Below are positions 22,358-32,622 of a stretch of DNA of 64,000 nucleotides, one piece after another. The DNA lies in assembly GCA_900554565.1 (NCBI GenBank), contig USHX01000001.1, forward strand, positions 15,997 through 79,996. The letters are read 5' to 3'. The translations under genes were made by a program, and so were the position numbers. Positions within the stretch are counted from its first letter, which is position 1. Each line of letters opens with the position of its first letter. Source of the stretch: an uncultured Clostridium sp. (GTDB lineage: Bacteria > Bacillota > Clostridia > TANB77 > CAG-508). The notes beneath the pieces were generated by a model that saw only the letters and a list, made by a program, of their open reading frames with translations, was not told where the DNA came from and ran no database searches.

Positions 22358-24091
22358 CTATTTTAGTCCCAATTCACTTTTTATCATTTGCCAAACATCA
22401 TCAGATTCCATATCCTTTTGCCAAGAGCCCACACCTGCTAGTTTATTTTCATTAACAAGAGAAACTTTTGCTTGTAAAGATTTAACATCTTCAATCCATA
22501 TTTGTTTTTTATTAGTTCCATCAGAATATTCAACATAATATTGCTTTAATGTATCATCCCATTTTCTCTCAGTACCATCTGGTATAATTGAATCTAAATT
22601 TTTCATTGCTACAGTATTTTTACCAGTTAATTGTCCATTTGAATTTGTTGTCCAAACTCTTGTATAATATGGAATTGCAAGTATTATTTTATTTGATTCA
22701 ATTTCTTCTGTTTGTAAAAATTTATTTAAGCTTAATTTTACCCAGTCATATCCAGCATTTGTTCCTGGTTTTGTACTTGATATTCCATATTCATCATATG
22801 CCATAAATACTATATAATCTGCAACATCTCCAATTACGTTTCTATCGAAGCATAATGACCAAGTTTCTCCACCATCTGGTGCTGTAACATCTACAGAAGT
22901 TACCATTCCTATTTCTTTTAATCGTGGTGTTAATTCTATTATAAATCTTGAAAACATATTTTTATCTTCTTGCTTCATATTTTCAAAATCTATATTTACA
23001 CCATCAAGTTTGTATTCAACACATTTATTTACAATACTTTCAATTAGTTTTTGTCTTTTTTCATAGCTATTCATTATTTCAGATGTTATAGATAAGCTTG
23101 AGCTTGCTGCTTCCGCATTTTGAACCATTGGCCATATTTTGTACCCGTTATTGTGAGCCCATTCTATATAAGCTTTTCCTTTTTGACCAACATTTTCTTT
23201 TAACTCTCCATCTGTGTCCAAATAGAAAAATGCTGGTGAAACAACATTAACTCCATCTATTGTTGTCCCTGATCTATCTGGTGCTGAACCATATTGAGAA
23301 TAATAGTCCCAAGTTAAATTTATTTTTCCAGATATTTGTTTTTCTTCTTCCATATTTTCACGTACAGTAAATTCATTTTCAATTTTTTTAGATTTTATAT
23401 AACCTAATTTTCCATTTGCTGTTCTAATTTTTGTCCACCCTTTATCAGATGATACCACAATTACACAATCGCCTTTTTTTATTCTATCTACTGTTTTTGA
23501 AATAAAGTTTGTTGTTGATTTTACAGATACACTAGAATTTACTATTGCTCTTTTTTGCTCTCTATCTAATGAATCCATTGTTACCACTTTTGTGTCATCA
23601 ATATTTGCTATTTCAATATTATAAACATCTGACATTTCTGATATTGGTAGATATGTTACATTATCCTTTTTTATTGCGTGTGCATAAATGTTTTTGTTTG
23701 AACCATTTATTTCTATTTCATTTTCTTCAAATCCTATTGTTGCAATTTTTTTCTCATATGTTGTAATAACTTTATTTATTTCTGTGTCTTCATATATGTG
23801 TTTATCAAAAAAGTTTGCAATATCTGGTTCTGATAAATATATTGTTCCATTTTCAATTAATACATTATTTTTCAAATTTGATGTTACATTTTTATTATTT
23901 ATAACTAAATTTGTATTTTTATTTTTGTCTAAAATTATGAAATTATTTGCAATTAAAGCTATAATTCCAAGAACTATTATTATAACTATTGTTATAAATG
24001 TTTTTATAATACGTTTTTTCTTTTTTTCTATTTCTTCTGCTGTAAGCCTTCTCTTCGGTTCTTTTCTTGATATTCTTTTTCCTTTTTTCAT
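22358..24091 (-). CDS. Membrane-anchored glycoside hydrolase family 18 protein (YaaH/YdhD-like cortex/peptidoglycan hydrolase) with SH3-like domain
   Basis: 577 aa. N-terminal TM. GH18 catalytic LDGVNIDFE motif; SH3b-like GDCVIVVSSDKGWTKIRTANGKLGYIKS segment. Confidence 0.65.
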   Translation of the reverse strand: MKKGKRISRKEPKRRLTAEEIEKKKKRIIKTFITIVIIIVLGIIALIANNFIILDKNKNTNLVINNKNVTSNLKNNVLIENGTIYLSEPDIANFFDKHIYEDTEINKVITTYEKKIATIGFEENEIEINGSNKNIYAHAIKKDNVTYLPISEMSDVYNIEIANIDDTKVVTMDSLDREQKRAIVNSSVSVKSTTNFISKTVDRIKKGDCVIVVSSDKGWTKIRTANGKLGYIKSKKIENEFTVRENMEEEKQISGKINLTWDYYSQYGSAPDRSGTTIDGVNVVSPAFFYLDTDGELKENVGQKGKAYIEWAHNNGYKIWPMVQNAEAASSSLSITSEIMNSYEKRQKLIESIVNKCVEYKLDGVNIDFENMKQEDKNMFSRFIIELTPRLKEIGMVTSVDVTAPDGGETWSLCFDRNVIGDVADYIVFMAYDEYGISSTKPGTNAGYDWVKLSLNKFLQTEEIESNKIILAIPYYTRVWTTNSNGQLTGKNTVAMKNLDSIIPDGTERKWDDTLKQYYVEYSDGTNKKQIWIEDVKSLQAKVSLVNENKLAGVGSWQKDMESDDVWQMIKSELGLK

Positions 24092-24251
24092 TATATTTCA
24101 AAACTCCTTTGTATTTTTTTTAAACTATATCATAAAAACCTAATTTCTAAAAGTCATTTAAGAAAATTTGTATAAAAAAATCAATATACAATTGTAATAA
24201 CAGCTTACAAATAATTTAGCTTTTCATTACATTATATATTGATTTTATTTT

Positions 24252-26336
24252 CTATTTTAATATTCTAAGTGTATTTACAATTGTTATTAAAGTTGTTCCA
24301 ACATCTGCAAAAACTGCTTCCCACATGTCTGCAACTCCAAATAGGCTAAGTAATAATATTAAAATTTTAACTCCTATTGAGAACATTAAATTTTGTTTTA
24401 TAATTCTATTTGTTTGTTTAGAGATACTGATAGCTTCAACTATTTTTTCTAATTCATCTGTCATTATAACCATGTCAGATGCTTCAATTGCTGAACTTGA
24501 ACCAATTCCGCCCATTGATATTCCTATATCACTTCTAGCTAAAACTGGGCTATCATTTATTCCATCTCCAACGTATGCAACTTTTTTGCTTGTTTTGTTT
24601 GAATTTAACACTTTTTCTAGTTCACTGTATTTGTCTTGTGGTAACATTTCAGATTTTACTTCATCTATTTTTACATCATTTGCTATAACTTCTGCTATTT
24701 CTTTTTTATCACCTGTGAACATTTTTGTTTTTATTCCATATTGTTTTAATTTTTGAATTGTTGTTTTTGCATCTTTTTTAATTTCATCGGTGATTAAAAT
24801 ACTTGCTAATACTTCATTGGCTATTTTTAAGTACAATGTTGTTCCATATTCTGCTTTTGCTTGCTCTTTGTATTCTACAAAATTTGCATTTCCAATTAGC
24901 ACTTGTTTTCCATCATATTTATATTTCAATCCTTTACCAGATACTTCTTCAAATTCTTGAACCTTGCTTGTATCAGGTTTTCCATTTACTTCTTTTAATA
25001 TTGATTTTGCAATTGGGTGGTTTGAAAAGCTTTCTCCCATTGCAAAGTAATTCATTATTTCTTCTTTGCTATATTCATTATTTAAAATATTGATTTTGCT
25101 TACTTTAAAGTTTCCTGTTGTTATTGTTCCTGTTTTGTCAAAGATTATTTGTGAAATGTCTTTTATTCCATCTAAATAGTCGCTTCCTTTTATTAGAATT
25201 CCTCTTTTAGAAGCTTTACCTATTCCACTAAAATAGCTAAGAGGTACTGATATTGCTATTGAACATGGGCAAGATATTACTAAGAATATTAATGCTTTGT
25301 ATATACTTTCCATGTATGTTGTACCTTTTACAACTAAAGGCATAAACACTGCTACTAGTAATGCTAAACCTAATACTATTGGTGTATATATTTTAGCTGC
25401 TTTTGCAACAAATGTTTCTGTTTTTGCTTTTTTATCTGTTGCATTTTCAACTAAATTAAGTATTTGGCTAACTGTACTGTTTTCATATGTTTTAGTTGTT
25501 TGAACTTCTAGTATTCCTTGTACATTTATTCCTCCAGATAATACTTTTGAGTTTTCTTTTACTTTTATTAATTTGCTTTCTCCTGTTAATGCTGAGTTGT
25601 CTATTTCTGCTTCTCCACTTTTTACAATTCCATCTAATGGTATTTTTTCTCCTGTTTTAACTAAAATTGTGTTTCCAATTTCTACTTCTTCTGGAGAAAC
25701 TTGTTTTGTTTCTTCACCTATCTTTAGATTAGCATATTCTGGTTTTATATTCATAAGATCTGATATTGATTTACGAGTTTTTCCTATAGCTTTTGCTTCT
25801 AAGATTTTTCCTATCTCATATAAAGCAATAACCATTACCCCTTCCATCATTTTTCCTACTAAGCAAGCACCTATTACTGAAACTGTTATTAGAGTATTTT
25901 CATCTAATACTTTATTTTTAAATACTTGCTTCCAGCCTTTTATTGCTGTTTTATATAGTAATATAGTTACTGATACTATTGTAAATATTGTCATTGCTAA
26001 ATTTCCTAAATTTAAGTACATTCCTAAGAAATATATAGCTACTCCAATTATTAATCTGTATATATCACTGTTATTTCTTGTGTTTTCTTCGTGTTCATGC
26101 CCCTCTCCAGTTTTGTTTTCATATACTAATACATCTGGTTCTAAAGATTGAACTATTTTTGTTATTTCCTCTTTTGGTTCTTTTTTGTCTGTTTTGAATG
26201 ATAATTTTGATGTTGAAAAATTTACTGTTACATCATTATACCCTTCTGTTTGAGCAATTTTGTCCTCTATTTTTTTTGCACAATTTGCGCAGTCTAATCC
26301 TTCTAAGGTATATCTATAATTCTTCAATATGTTCAC
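24252..26336 (-). CDS. cadA: Heavy-metal (Cd/Zn/Pb-type) translocating P1B-type ATPase
   Basis: N-terminal HMA domain LEGLDCANCAKKIE, the CPC motif (VISCPCSIAISVP), DKTGTITTG phosphorylation site, and the GDGINDSP hinge. Confidence 0.85.
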   Translation of the reverse strand: MNILKNYRYTLEGLDCANCAKKIEDKIAQTEGYNDVTVNFSTSKLSFKTDKKEPKEEITKIVQSLEPDVLVYENKTGEGHEHEENTRNNSDIYRLIIGVAIYFLGMYLNLGNLAMTIFTIVSVTILLYKTAIKGWKQVFKNKVLDENTLITVSVIGACLVGKMMEGVMVIALYEIGKILEAKAIGKTRKSISDLMNIKPEYANLKIGEETKQVSPEEVEIGNTILVKTGEKIPLDGIVKSGEAEIDNSALTGESKLIKVKENSKVLSGGINVQGILEVQTTKTYENSTVSQILNLVENATDKKAKTETFVAKAAKIYTPIVLGLALLVAVFMPLVVKGTTYMESIYKALIFLVISCPCSIAISVPLSYFSGIGKASKRGILIKGSDYLDGIKDISQIIFDKTGTITTGNFKVSKINILNNEYSKEEIMNYFAMGESFSNHPIAKSILKEVNGKPDTSKVQEFEEVSGKGLKYKYDGKQVLIGNANFVEYKEQAKAEYGTTLYLKIANEVLASILITDEIKKDAKTTIQKLKQYGIKTKMFTGDKKEIAEVIANDVKIDEVKSEMLPQDKYSELEKVLNSNKTSKKVAYVGDGINDSPVLARSDIGISMGGIGSSSAIEASDMVIMTDELEKIVEAISISKQTNRIIKQNLMFSIGVKILILLLSLFGVADMWEAVFADVGTTLITIVNTLRILK

Positions 26337-26703
26337 GACCTTTCTTTACTATTTGTGATATATGTTCATCATCTAAGCTATAATAAACTACTTTTCCTTC
26401 TTTTCTAAATTTTACTAGTTTTGATTGTTTTAAAATTCTTAGTTGATGTGATATTGCTGATTGTGTTGTTTGTACTATATTTGCCATGTCACATACACAT
26501 AGTTCGTTTTCCATTAAAGCAAAAATTATTTTCATTCTTGTTGAATCTGCAAAAACTTTAAATAATTCTGCTAAGTCATATATTAAGCCATCTTCTGGCA
26601 TTTTTTGTTTTACATCCTTTACTGTTTCTTTATGAATTACAGTATTTTCGCACATTCCTTCTTCCATGTATTTTCTCCTTTCTTCATATGAATGATTGTT
26701 CAC
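26314..26703 (-). CDS. cadC: ArsR/SmtB-family metal-sensing repressor (CadC-like)
   Basis: 129 aa with ELCVCDMANIVQTTQSAISHQLRILKQSKLV wHTH and a metal-binding Cys pair. Overlaps the cadA start. Confidence 0.8.
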   Translation of the reverse strand: MNNHSYEERRKYMEEGMCENTVIHKETVKDVKQKMPEDGLIYDLAELFKVFADSTRMKIIFALMENELCVCDMANIVQTTQSAISHQLRILKQSKLVKFRKEGKVVYYSLDDEHISQIVKKGREHIEEL

Positions 26704-27332
26704 ATGTTTATATTATGCTTATCTTTTTATTTTGTCAATACTTTTTTAAAAAGTTTTTTATCTATTTTTTGAATCTGTGTAATTGGCTTTATTTCTAGCT
26801 TTTTGATATTAAGCTAATGTTTTAAGCTAAAAAAATAAGCCCTTTTACTAAGCTTATAGTAAAAGAACTCCTTCTTTTATTTAATTCATATTTTCATTGC
26901 ATTTACGCAAAATTAATAATATTCAAAAGTGACCAGTAATTATAATTCTCGATTTATATTATATTATTTTCTTAATGCTTTTATGAAGTGTGTTTATACA
27001 ATATAACATATCCCCTATATTTGTTATTTTCTTTTATTAGTTTGTTGTGATCTTTTTACTTATTATTCCCCCAAATAATAAGTTTTTTACTAGCCTTTTT
27101 GATATTATAATTTTACGCAAATTGTTTTCTTGAGTTTGAACTAGAATATTATTCTTGGTTCAATTTTAAAGATTATTATTTATTAATCTTTAATTCTACA
27201 AAAGAAAACAGTTAGTATTTTATCATATTTCATTATGTTATGTCAAGTTTTTTCAACAAAAAACTCTCCCTAATACAAATAGTTTTAGCCTTGTATTTGC
27301 AATATAGTGTCTTTGGTTGTATAATAAGAGCT

Positions 27333-28340
27333 ATGGAAACTTATATAAATTTAAAAGAAAAAATTGAAGAAGAAAAATTTAAAAATATTGGAAAAGAAAT
27401 AAAAAATGGAAAACTTGTAATATTTCCAACAGAAACTGTTTATGGAATAGGCACAAATGGCTTAAATCCGGAAGCTGTTAAAAAAGTCTTTGCAGCTAAA
27501 GGAAGAAACTTTAAAAATCCTATAAATTTACTTGTAGGAAGTATTGATATGGTTAGAAAATTAGCTAAAGATATTTCACCACTTGAATACAAACTTATGG
27601 AAGCCTTTTTTCCAGGTCCATTTACACTTATTCTAAAAAAGCAAGATATTGTACCTAATATAGTAACTGGAAATTCAGATACTGTTGGTGTACGTATGTC
27701 AAATAACATTATTGTCCAAAAGTTAATTGAATATGCTGGAGTTCCCATTGCTGCACCAAGTGCAAATATTTCTGGGGAATTAAGTGGTACTAGGTCTGAA
27801 GATATTTTTAATGACTTTGAAAATAAAGTTGACTATATTATTGATGGTGGTCAAAGTGACTTAGGAATAGAATCAACTATAGTAAAAGTCATTGATGGAA
27901 TTCCTCATATTCTAAGGCCTGGTAGTATTACTCCTGAGCAAATAAAATCAATTGCAGGAGATGTAATTATAGAAAATAAAAATCTACCTAGTAGCAATTT
28001 GAAACATTATCAAATAAATTCTAAAGCTTTATTAGTTTATGGGAAAGATATGTTAAAAGTAGCTTCCAAAATCAAAGAAATTTCTCTAAAATATGCTTTT
28101 CCAGTAATTATAACTTATAGCGAAAATAGTTCTAATTATAAAGGTTCAAATATTATTGAACTTGGTTCTAAATACAATTTAGAAGAAATATCTAAAAACA
28201 TGTTTAATAAAATAAGACAAGCTGAACTTTTAAATCCTGATATTATTATAATAGAAGGTATTGAAAAAAATGGAATTGGTCTTGCTATAATGAATAGATT
28301 ATTAAATATTTGTAATAATAATTTTATACTAGTAAAATAA
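27333..28340 (+). CDS. tsaC: L-threonylcarbamoyladenylate synthase (Sua5/YwlC/TsaC family, with C-terminal Sua5 domain)
   Basis: GKLVIFPTETVYGIGTNGLNPEAVKKVFAAKGRNFKNPINLLV YrdC motif. Start taken at METYINLK; the ORF-track start at 27240 is a non-homologous extension. Confidence 0.8.
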   Translation: METYINLKEKIEEEKFKNIGKEIKNGKLVIFPTETVYGIGTNGLNPEAVKKVFAAKGRNFKNPINLLVGSIDMVRKLAKDISPLEYKLMEAFFPGPFTLILKKQDIVPNIVTGNSDTVGVRMSNNIIVQKLIEYAGVPIAAPSANISGELSGTRSEDIFNDFENKVDYIIDGGQSDLGIESTIVKVIDGIPHILRPGSITPEQIKSIAGDVIIENKNLPSSNLKHYQINSKALLVYGKDMLKVASKIKEISLKYAFPVIITYSENSSNYKGSNIIELGSKYNLEEISKNMFNKIRQAELLNPDIIIIEGIEKNGIGLAIMNRLLNICNNNFILVK

Positions 28341-28375
28341 AAAAGCCTGGATTTCCAGACTTTTTATTTTTCACA

Positions 28376-29494
28376 CTACCCCTTTTTTCTGTCTTGTTTT
28401 GTTTTTTGTTTATATACATACATTTGCTTATCAGCAATCTCCTGTATGTCACATATAGCATATTTCTCCTTCTCACCTGGATTATATCTAGCACTTCCAT
28501 ATGATATGTATGGAAACTCTTGAAATTTCTTTCTTTCCTCAATAAATGAGTTTATTAATTCATTTTTCAAAGATTCTTCATTAAATTTATCTACATCTTT
28601 TTCTATAATTACTGCAAATTCATCTCCACCAATTCGATAACATCTACCATAGCTTTGATATTTTTCTTTTACTCTTTGACCTACTATCTTTAAAATTTTA
28701 TCACCATATGTATGTCCAAAAGTATCATTAATGTATTTAAATTCATCAACATCAAAAACAATAAGAAGAAAAACTTTATCTTTCAATCTCTCTATATAAT
28801 TGTAATAGCTATTTTGATTTAACAAAGTTGTTAAATCATCTCTTGCCCGAATAAGCTCATTATAATAAATATAGACAAATGTAGATGCTATGGCTATTGT
28901 AAGCCAGCAGCTCTTTACATTTTCATTTGTTAATTGAATAGATACTCCAAAAACAATGAAAATTATTAGTGCTGCAACAATTATTTTGTTTTCATCTTGA
29001 AAACTTTTACTGAAGTTTATCAAATTTGCAAACATGTACAATGTACATATTACAAAGGTTAAGATATATACTTGATAAAAAATTTTATGATAACTCGACA
29101 TTGGATCTTTCATTAAATAGAAAAATTCAATTAGCATACATGTCTCTTCAATTATCAAATATGTCTTTAGTGTTTTATAGAAAATATTGTCTTTTTGTTC
29201 TACTTCAAATAGTGTTTTTGAAGTTATAACTGGCATTATTGGTATTATAGCATATCTTGCAAACTTAGATACTGAACGAATTAAAATATTTAACTCATTA
29301 ATATCCAGCTTTATGCCACTTTCTAACGATACCACTACATATTCGCATGATGCTCCTAATATTATTAGAATATATGTAATAATAAGACCTAGCCGTGCTT
29401 TCATTCCTAAATTTCTATTTAAAAATACCACTGTTATTAGTAATAACGATGTAGAAACTGTTAAAAAATATATTACATGATAATAAAAGTCCAT
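28376..29494 (-). CDS. Membrane-bound diguanylate cyclase (GGDEF domain) with multi-TM N-terminal sensor domain
   Basis: RBS GGAGG before MDFYYHVIYF. The C-terminus has RARDDLTTLLNQ...VFDVDEFKYINDTFGHTYGDKIL...RIGGDEFAVI (GGDEF). Confidence 0.8.
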   Translation of the reverse strand: MDFYYHVIYFLTVSTSLLLITVVFLNRNLGMKARLGLIITYILIILGASCEYVVVSLESGIKLDINELNILIRSVSKFARYAIIPIMPVITSKTLFEVEQKDNIFYKTLKTYLIIEETCMLIEFFYLMKDPMSSYHKIFYQVYILTFVICTLYMFANLINFSKSFQDENKIIVAALIIFIVFGVSIQLTNENVKSCWLTIAIASTFVYIYYNELIRARDDLTTLLNQNSYYNYIERLKDKVFLLIVFDVDEFKYINDTFGHTYGDKILKIVGQRVKEKYQSYGRCYRIGGDEFAVIIEKDVDKFNEESLKNELINSFIEERKKFQEFPYISYGSARYNPGEKEKYAICDIQEIADKQMYVYKQKTKQDRKKG

Positions 29495-29757
29495 TTTATA
29501 CTGCCTCCTCAAAATTAAAATGTTCATATATTTTAAACAAAACAATTATCTATACACTTGAATTAAGCGTAGTTTGTGTGAATTTTCTATTAAGCTTTTG
29601 CTTAATGGCTAATATTATATCACTTCGCACTGTTTATTTCAATGTTTTATGTCTCATTTTTTACAAATCTTATTTCTTCGTTTATATAATTATTAAAAAT
29701 TTTACAAAAAAGAAAAATATTAGTTTTTCAAAGGTAAAAATCTACCTTCTTCATTAA

Positions 29758-30534
29758 CTAATATTTTTTACTATTTATTAATTTATTAAATTCTGCACCA
29801 AGAAAAACTGTATAAAAGCATGCATATGTCCACATCATAATTAACATTAAAGTTGTTAAACTTCCATATGTTAAAGAGAAACCTTTAAAAATATATAAGT
29901 ATTTTGAGAATATATATGATACAACATTAAGTGATATAGCTCCAAAAATTGCTCCATATATTTGACTTCTAAAAGTTACTCTCCTTCTTGGCATATATTT
30001 GTATAATAACAAAAATATTATAAATGTTGTAAACACAAATCCTGCATCTGTTAAAACTCTAGATAATAAATTGTAATTTTCTATTTCGCCAAAATTATTT
30101 TGTAACATTTCTCTTAAGCTATTTCCAAACACTAAAAGAACTAGCCCTGCTACAATTAAAAATATAAATAATATGGTTTCAAAAAATGTTCTAAGTCTTA
30201 AAAATAAATCCGAATACTTTTTGTCATCATTAGTTTTATATACTGTTCTTAAGCCCTTGTTCAACGCAAATAACCCTTTTCCCGCAGACCATATTACAAA
30301 TATTATTGATATTGATACTGTCCCTATTGACTTTGAATATACTTCTTGTACAATTCCTAATACCATTTCGCTCATACTTTCTGGAATAATTTTTGAAATT
30401 ATATCAAATAAATTTTGTGGCGCTAAACCTGTATATTGTATTAATGTTATTAGTAATATTATGAATGGTATAAAAGATAAAATTGTATAATATGAACATT
30501 GGGCTGAAGATTCACTTACATGATCTTCTTTCAT
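29758..30534 (-). CDS. YihY/BrkB (virulence factor BrkB / RNase BN-like) family membrane protein
   Basis: 258 aa. YYTILSFIPFIILLITLIQY... typical YihY TM topology. Confidence 0.7.
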   Translation of the reverse strand: MKEDHVSESSAQCSYYTILSFIPFIILLITLIQYTGLAPQNLFDIISKIIPESMSEMVLGIVQEVYSKSIGTVSISIIFVIWSAGKGLFALNKGLRTVYKTNDDKKYSDLFLRLRTFFETILFIFLIVAGLVLLVFGNSLREMLQNNFGEIENYNLLSRVLTDAGFVFTTFIIFLLLYKYMPRRRVTFRSQIYGAIFGAISLNVVSYIFSKYLYIFKGFSLTYGSLTTLMLIMMWTYACFYTVFLGAEFNKLINSKKY

Positions 30535-30613
30535 GTTTTCAAATAATTTTCCTAATATTGCATACCCGCTTTTTCAAATATGTCATTTTTCTACCCTTTC
30601 TAATAAATTTATT

Positions 30614-30763
30614 TTAAAAAGAAACTACTAATAACATTTTGGATCTTTCTTCTCCATAAACACTATGTGGTATGTTTTTTGGCATTATTATTGTTTGTCC
30701 TTCTTGATATTCCACTAAATTTTTTAATTCTAAAACTTTTTCTTTTTCTATGTTTTTATACAT
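30614..30763 (-). CDS. Mini-cupin: 49-aa ORF matching only the C-terminal half of a cupin barrel
   Basis: MYKNIEKEKVLELKNLVEYQEGQTIIMPKNIPHSVYGEERSKMLLVVSF resembles the G-x-V-x-PGD-x-IYIP-x-PH-x-N-G-E-L-FL-V cupin C-terminus. Strong RBS AGGAGAGG 6 nt upstream. Not in the ORF track (<60 aa). Confidence 0.3.
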   Translation of the reverse strand: MYKNIEKEKVLELKNLVEYQEGQTIIMPKNIPHSVYGEERSKMLLVVSF

Positions 30764-30868
30764 ATTTATCCTCTCCTTGTATATGCTACTATTCTACAAT
30801 ATTATTTTGTTTTTGTCTATCTTTTTGATGAGATATTCCCTAGTATAGTTTACCAAATATTTTACTTT

Positions 30869-31120
30869 TTATAATTCATATATATTGGCTTTTAATATTA
30901 TTTTTTGTATTTTTGTTTTCTCTTTTAGCGATATTTCCCATAAACTCCCCACTATACTTCTTTTTATTTTATATTCCTTTTTTGGTTTTCCAATTAGTTT
31001 GTTTAATTGTTTTTGTAGATTTACTTTGTTAGTATATATGGATATAATATCTTCATTATATAAAACATTTATTGTTGTTTCTGTTTCTGATTTTAATGGT
31101 TCTTTATATATTTTTTGCAT
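30869..31120 (-). CDS. Hypothetical small protein (83 aa)
   Basis: ORF only. Confidence 0.3.
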   Translation of the reverse strand: MQKIYKEPLKSETETTINVLYNEDIISIYTNKVNLQKQLNKLIGKPKKEYKIKRSIVGSLWEISLKEKTKIQKIILKANIYEL

Positions 31121-31271
31121 AACATTCCCCTTTATATTTTTTGAATTTTTTGTCTTTTGTGAATGCTATTTTCTGCTACAGTATATCATAAAATCAGCTA
31201 AAAGTATAGTATTTTAGGTACATACCTATATAAAAAAAATTGGAGCATACTTAAACTGTAGCTCCATTTTC

Positions 31272-31862
31272 TTATTTACAATTTTTCATATAAAATTTTC
31301 TTTCTGCAAGTTTATCTTGAACTCCACGAAGTGCTTCTCCAAATCTTTGGAAGTGAACTACTTCTCTTTCTCTTAAATATCTTAATGGATCTAAAACATC
31401 TGGATTATCACGACATAGGTCTATCAATTTTTCATAAGTTGCCCTCGCTTTTTGTTCAGCGGCCAAATTTTCCTGCAAGTTTGCAATTGGATCTCCTTTG
31501 CATGCTAAACATGTTGCATCAAATGGAACTCCTGCTGCAGATTGTGGATATACATCAACTCCATGGTCTGTATAATAAGGAGATAATCCTGCTTTTTCTA
31601 TTTCTTCTATAGAAGCTCCTTCCGTTAATTGGTGGACAATTGTTCCTACCATTTCTAAATGGGCTAATTCTTCAGTTCCTATATCATTTAATATAGCTTT
31701 GGCTTTTTGATCAGGCATACCAAATCTTTGTGATAAATATCTAAGTGCCGCACTTAATTCTCCATCAGGTCCACCATATTGAGATATTATAACTTTAGCT
31801 AATCTTGGTTCTGGACATTTTATATTAATTGGATATTGAAGTGTTTTATTATAAGTCCACAT
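31272..31862 (-). CDS. cotJC: Spore coat protein CotJC (manganese catalase family)
   Basis: MWTYNKTLQYPINIKCPEPRLAKVIISQYGGPDGELSAALRYLSQRF... Mn-catalase/CotJC signature. Start overlaps the cotJB stop. Confidence 0.85.
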   Translation of the reverse strand: MWTYNKTLQYPINIKCPEPRLAKVIISQYGGPDGELSAALRYLSQRFGMPDQKAKAILNDIGTEELAHLEMVGTIVHQLTEGASIEEIEKAGLSPYYTDHGVDVYPQSAAGVPFDATCLACKGDPIANLQENLAAEQKARATYEKLIDLCRDNPDVLDPLRYLREREVVHFQRFGEALRGVQDKLAERKFYMKNCK

Positions 31863-32164
31863 TAGTAATTCCCCCTTTCCCATGGCCATGGTTCTTCTAA
31901 CCATCTCCACTTATTGCAAGGATAATTAATAGTAAGTGGGCCATAAACCTTTTGATATTTGTCTTTCAATTCTTTTGCTCTTTTGCAATATTTTTTGTGT
32001 AAACAAAGTGCCTTTTCATCCTCTGGATGAGTATCTAAATATAGTGCAAGTTCAGTTATAGCAAAATCATAGCCTCTTATTTCTTGTATCATTTTTCTTC
32101 TTAAATCACAATCTACTGTGTTTTCTTCTTCACAATTGCAATTTCTATTTTCTTCTACTGACAT
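31862..32164 (-). CDS. cotJB: Spore coat protein CotJB
   Basis: ELALYLDTHPEDEKALCLHKKYCKRAKELKDKYQKVYGPLT, typical of CotJB. Confidence 0.8.
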   Translation of the reverse strand: MSVEENRNCNCEEENTVDCDLRRKMIQEIRGYDFAITELALYLDTHPEDEKALCLHKKYCKRAKELKDKYQKVYGPLTINYPCNKWRWLEEPWPWERGNY

Positions 32165-32511
32165 TTGTTACACCCCTTTCCAATTTGGTTTGTTGTTCTG
32201 ATATATTCAATTTCTTCCATTGATTGGCAAGGTACATATGGACTTACTAATTCTGGAAATATTGTTCCCATTTTTAATCCAACTGCTGGTTTAAAAGTTC
32301 TATCCATATATTGAATTGGTACATAGCTTTGTGCTAACATTGGATTTTCTGGAAAGATACTATCTTCTTCTTCAAATCCGCATTGACAGCTGTCATAAAC
32401 GTCTTCATATGATACTACATTGTCACATTGATTTTCCATAATATCATTTTGCATTTCACATGAATCATCATTATAACTATTATTCATGCAATAACATTTT
32501 CTTCTAAACAT
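32155..32511 (-). CDS. cotJA: Spore coat-associated protein CotJA
   Basis: FPENPMLAQSYVPIQYMDRTFKPAVGLKMGTIFPEL, the CotJA signature. First gene of the cotJABC operon. Confidence 0.75.
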   Translation of the reverse strand: MFRRKCYCMNNSYNDDSCEMQNDIMENQCDNVVSYEDVYDSCQCGFEEEDSIFPENPMLAQSYVPIQYMDRTFKPAVGLKMGTIFPELVSPYVPCQSMEEIEYIRTTNQIGKGCNKCQ

Positions 32512-32622
32512 TTCTTTTTTCCCCCTTTATCTACATTATATGATCTTATCATTTTTTTGCTATAATTTTTGGGTAGAAAAAAGGCTATAAATGTATTTCT
32601 ACACTTATAGCTTCTTTATATT

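Noticed and set aside
27240-27332. ORF-track start of tsaC at 27240 (MSSFFNKKLSLIQ...)
   Set aside because: The extension has no homology to Sua5/YwlC N-termini. The conserved protein begins at METYINLK (27333).
4174-29414. Hypothesis that CGG is a programmed +1 frameshift or quadruplet (CGGN = Gly) codon in this organism
   Set aside because: In-frame CGG codons are read through with conserved downstream sequence in the HAD gene (aat cgg gct at 4174; tca cgg gga at 4389) and in the GGDEF gene (att cgg gca; gca cgg cta). Shifting at those sites runs into stops and destroys HAD motif IV and the DxLTGLxNR motif. There is also no consistent rule in the P-site codon or the 3' nucleotide. The lesions are therefore treated as insertions.
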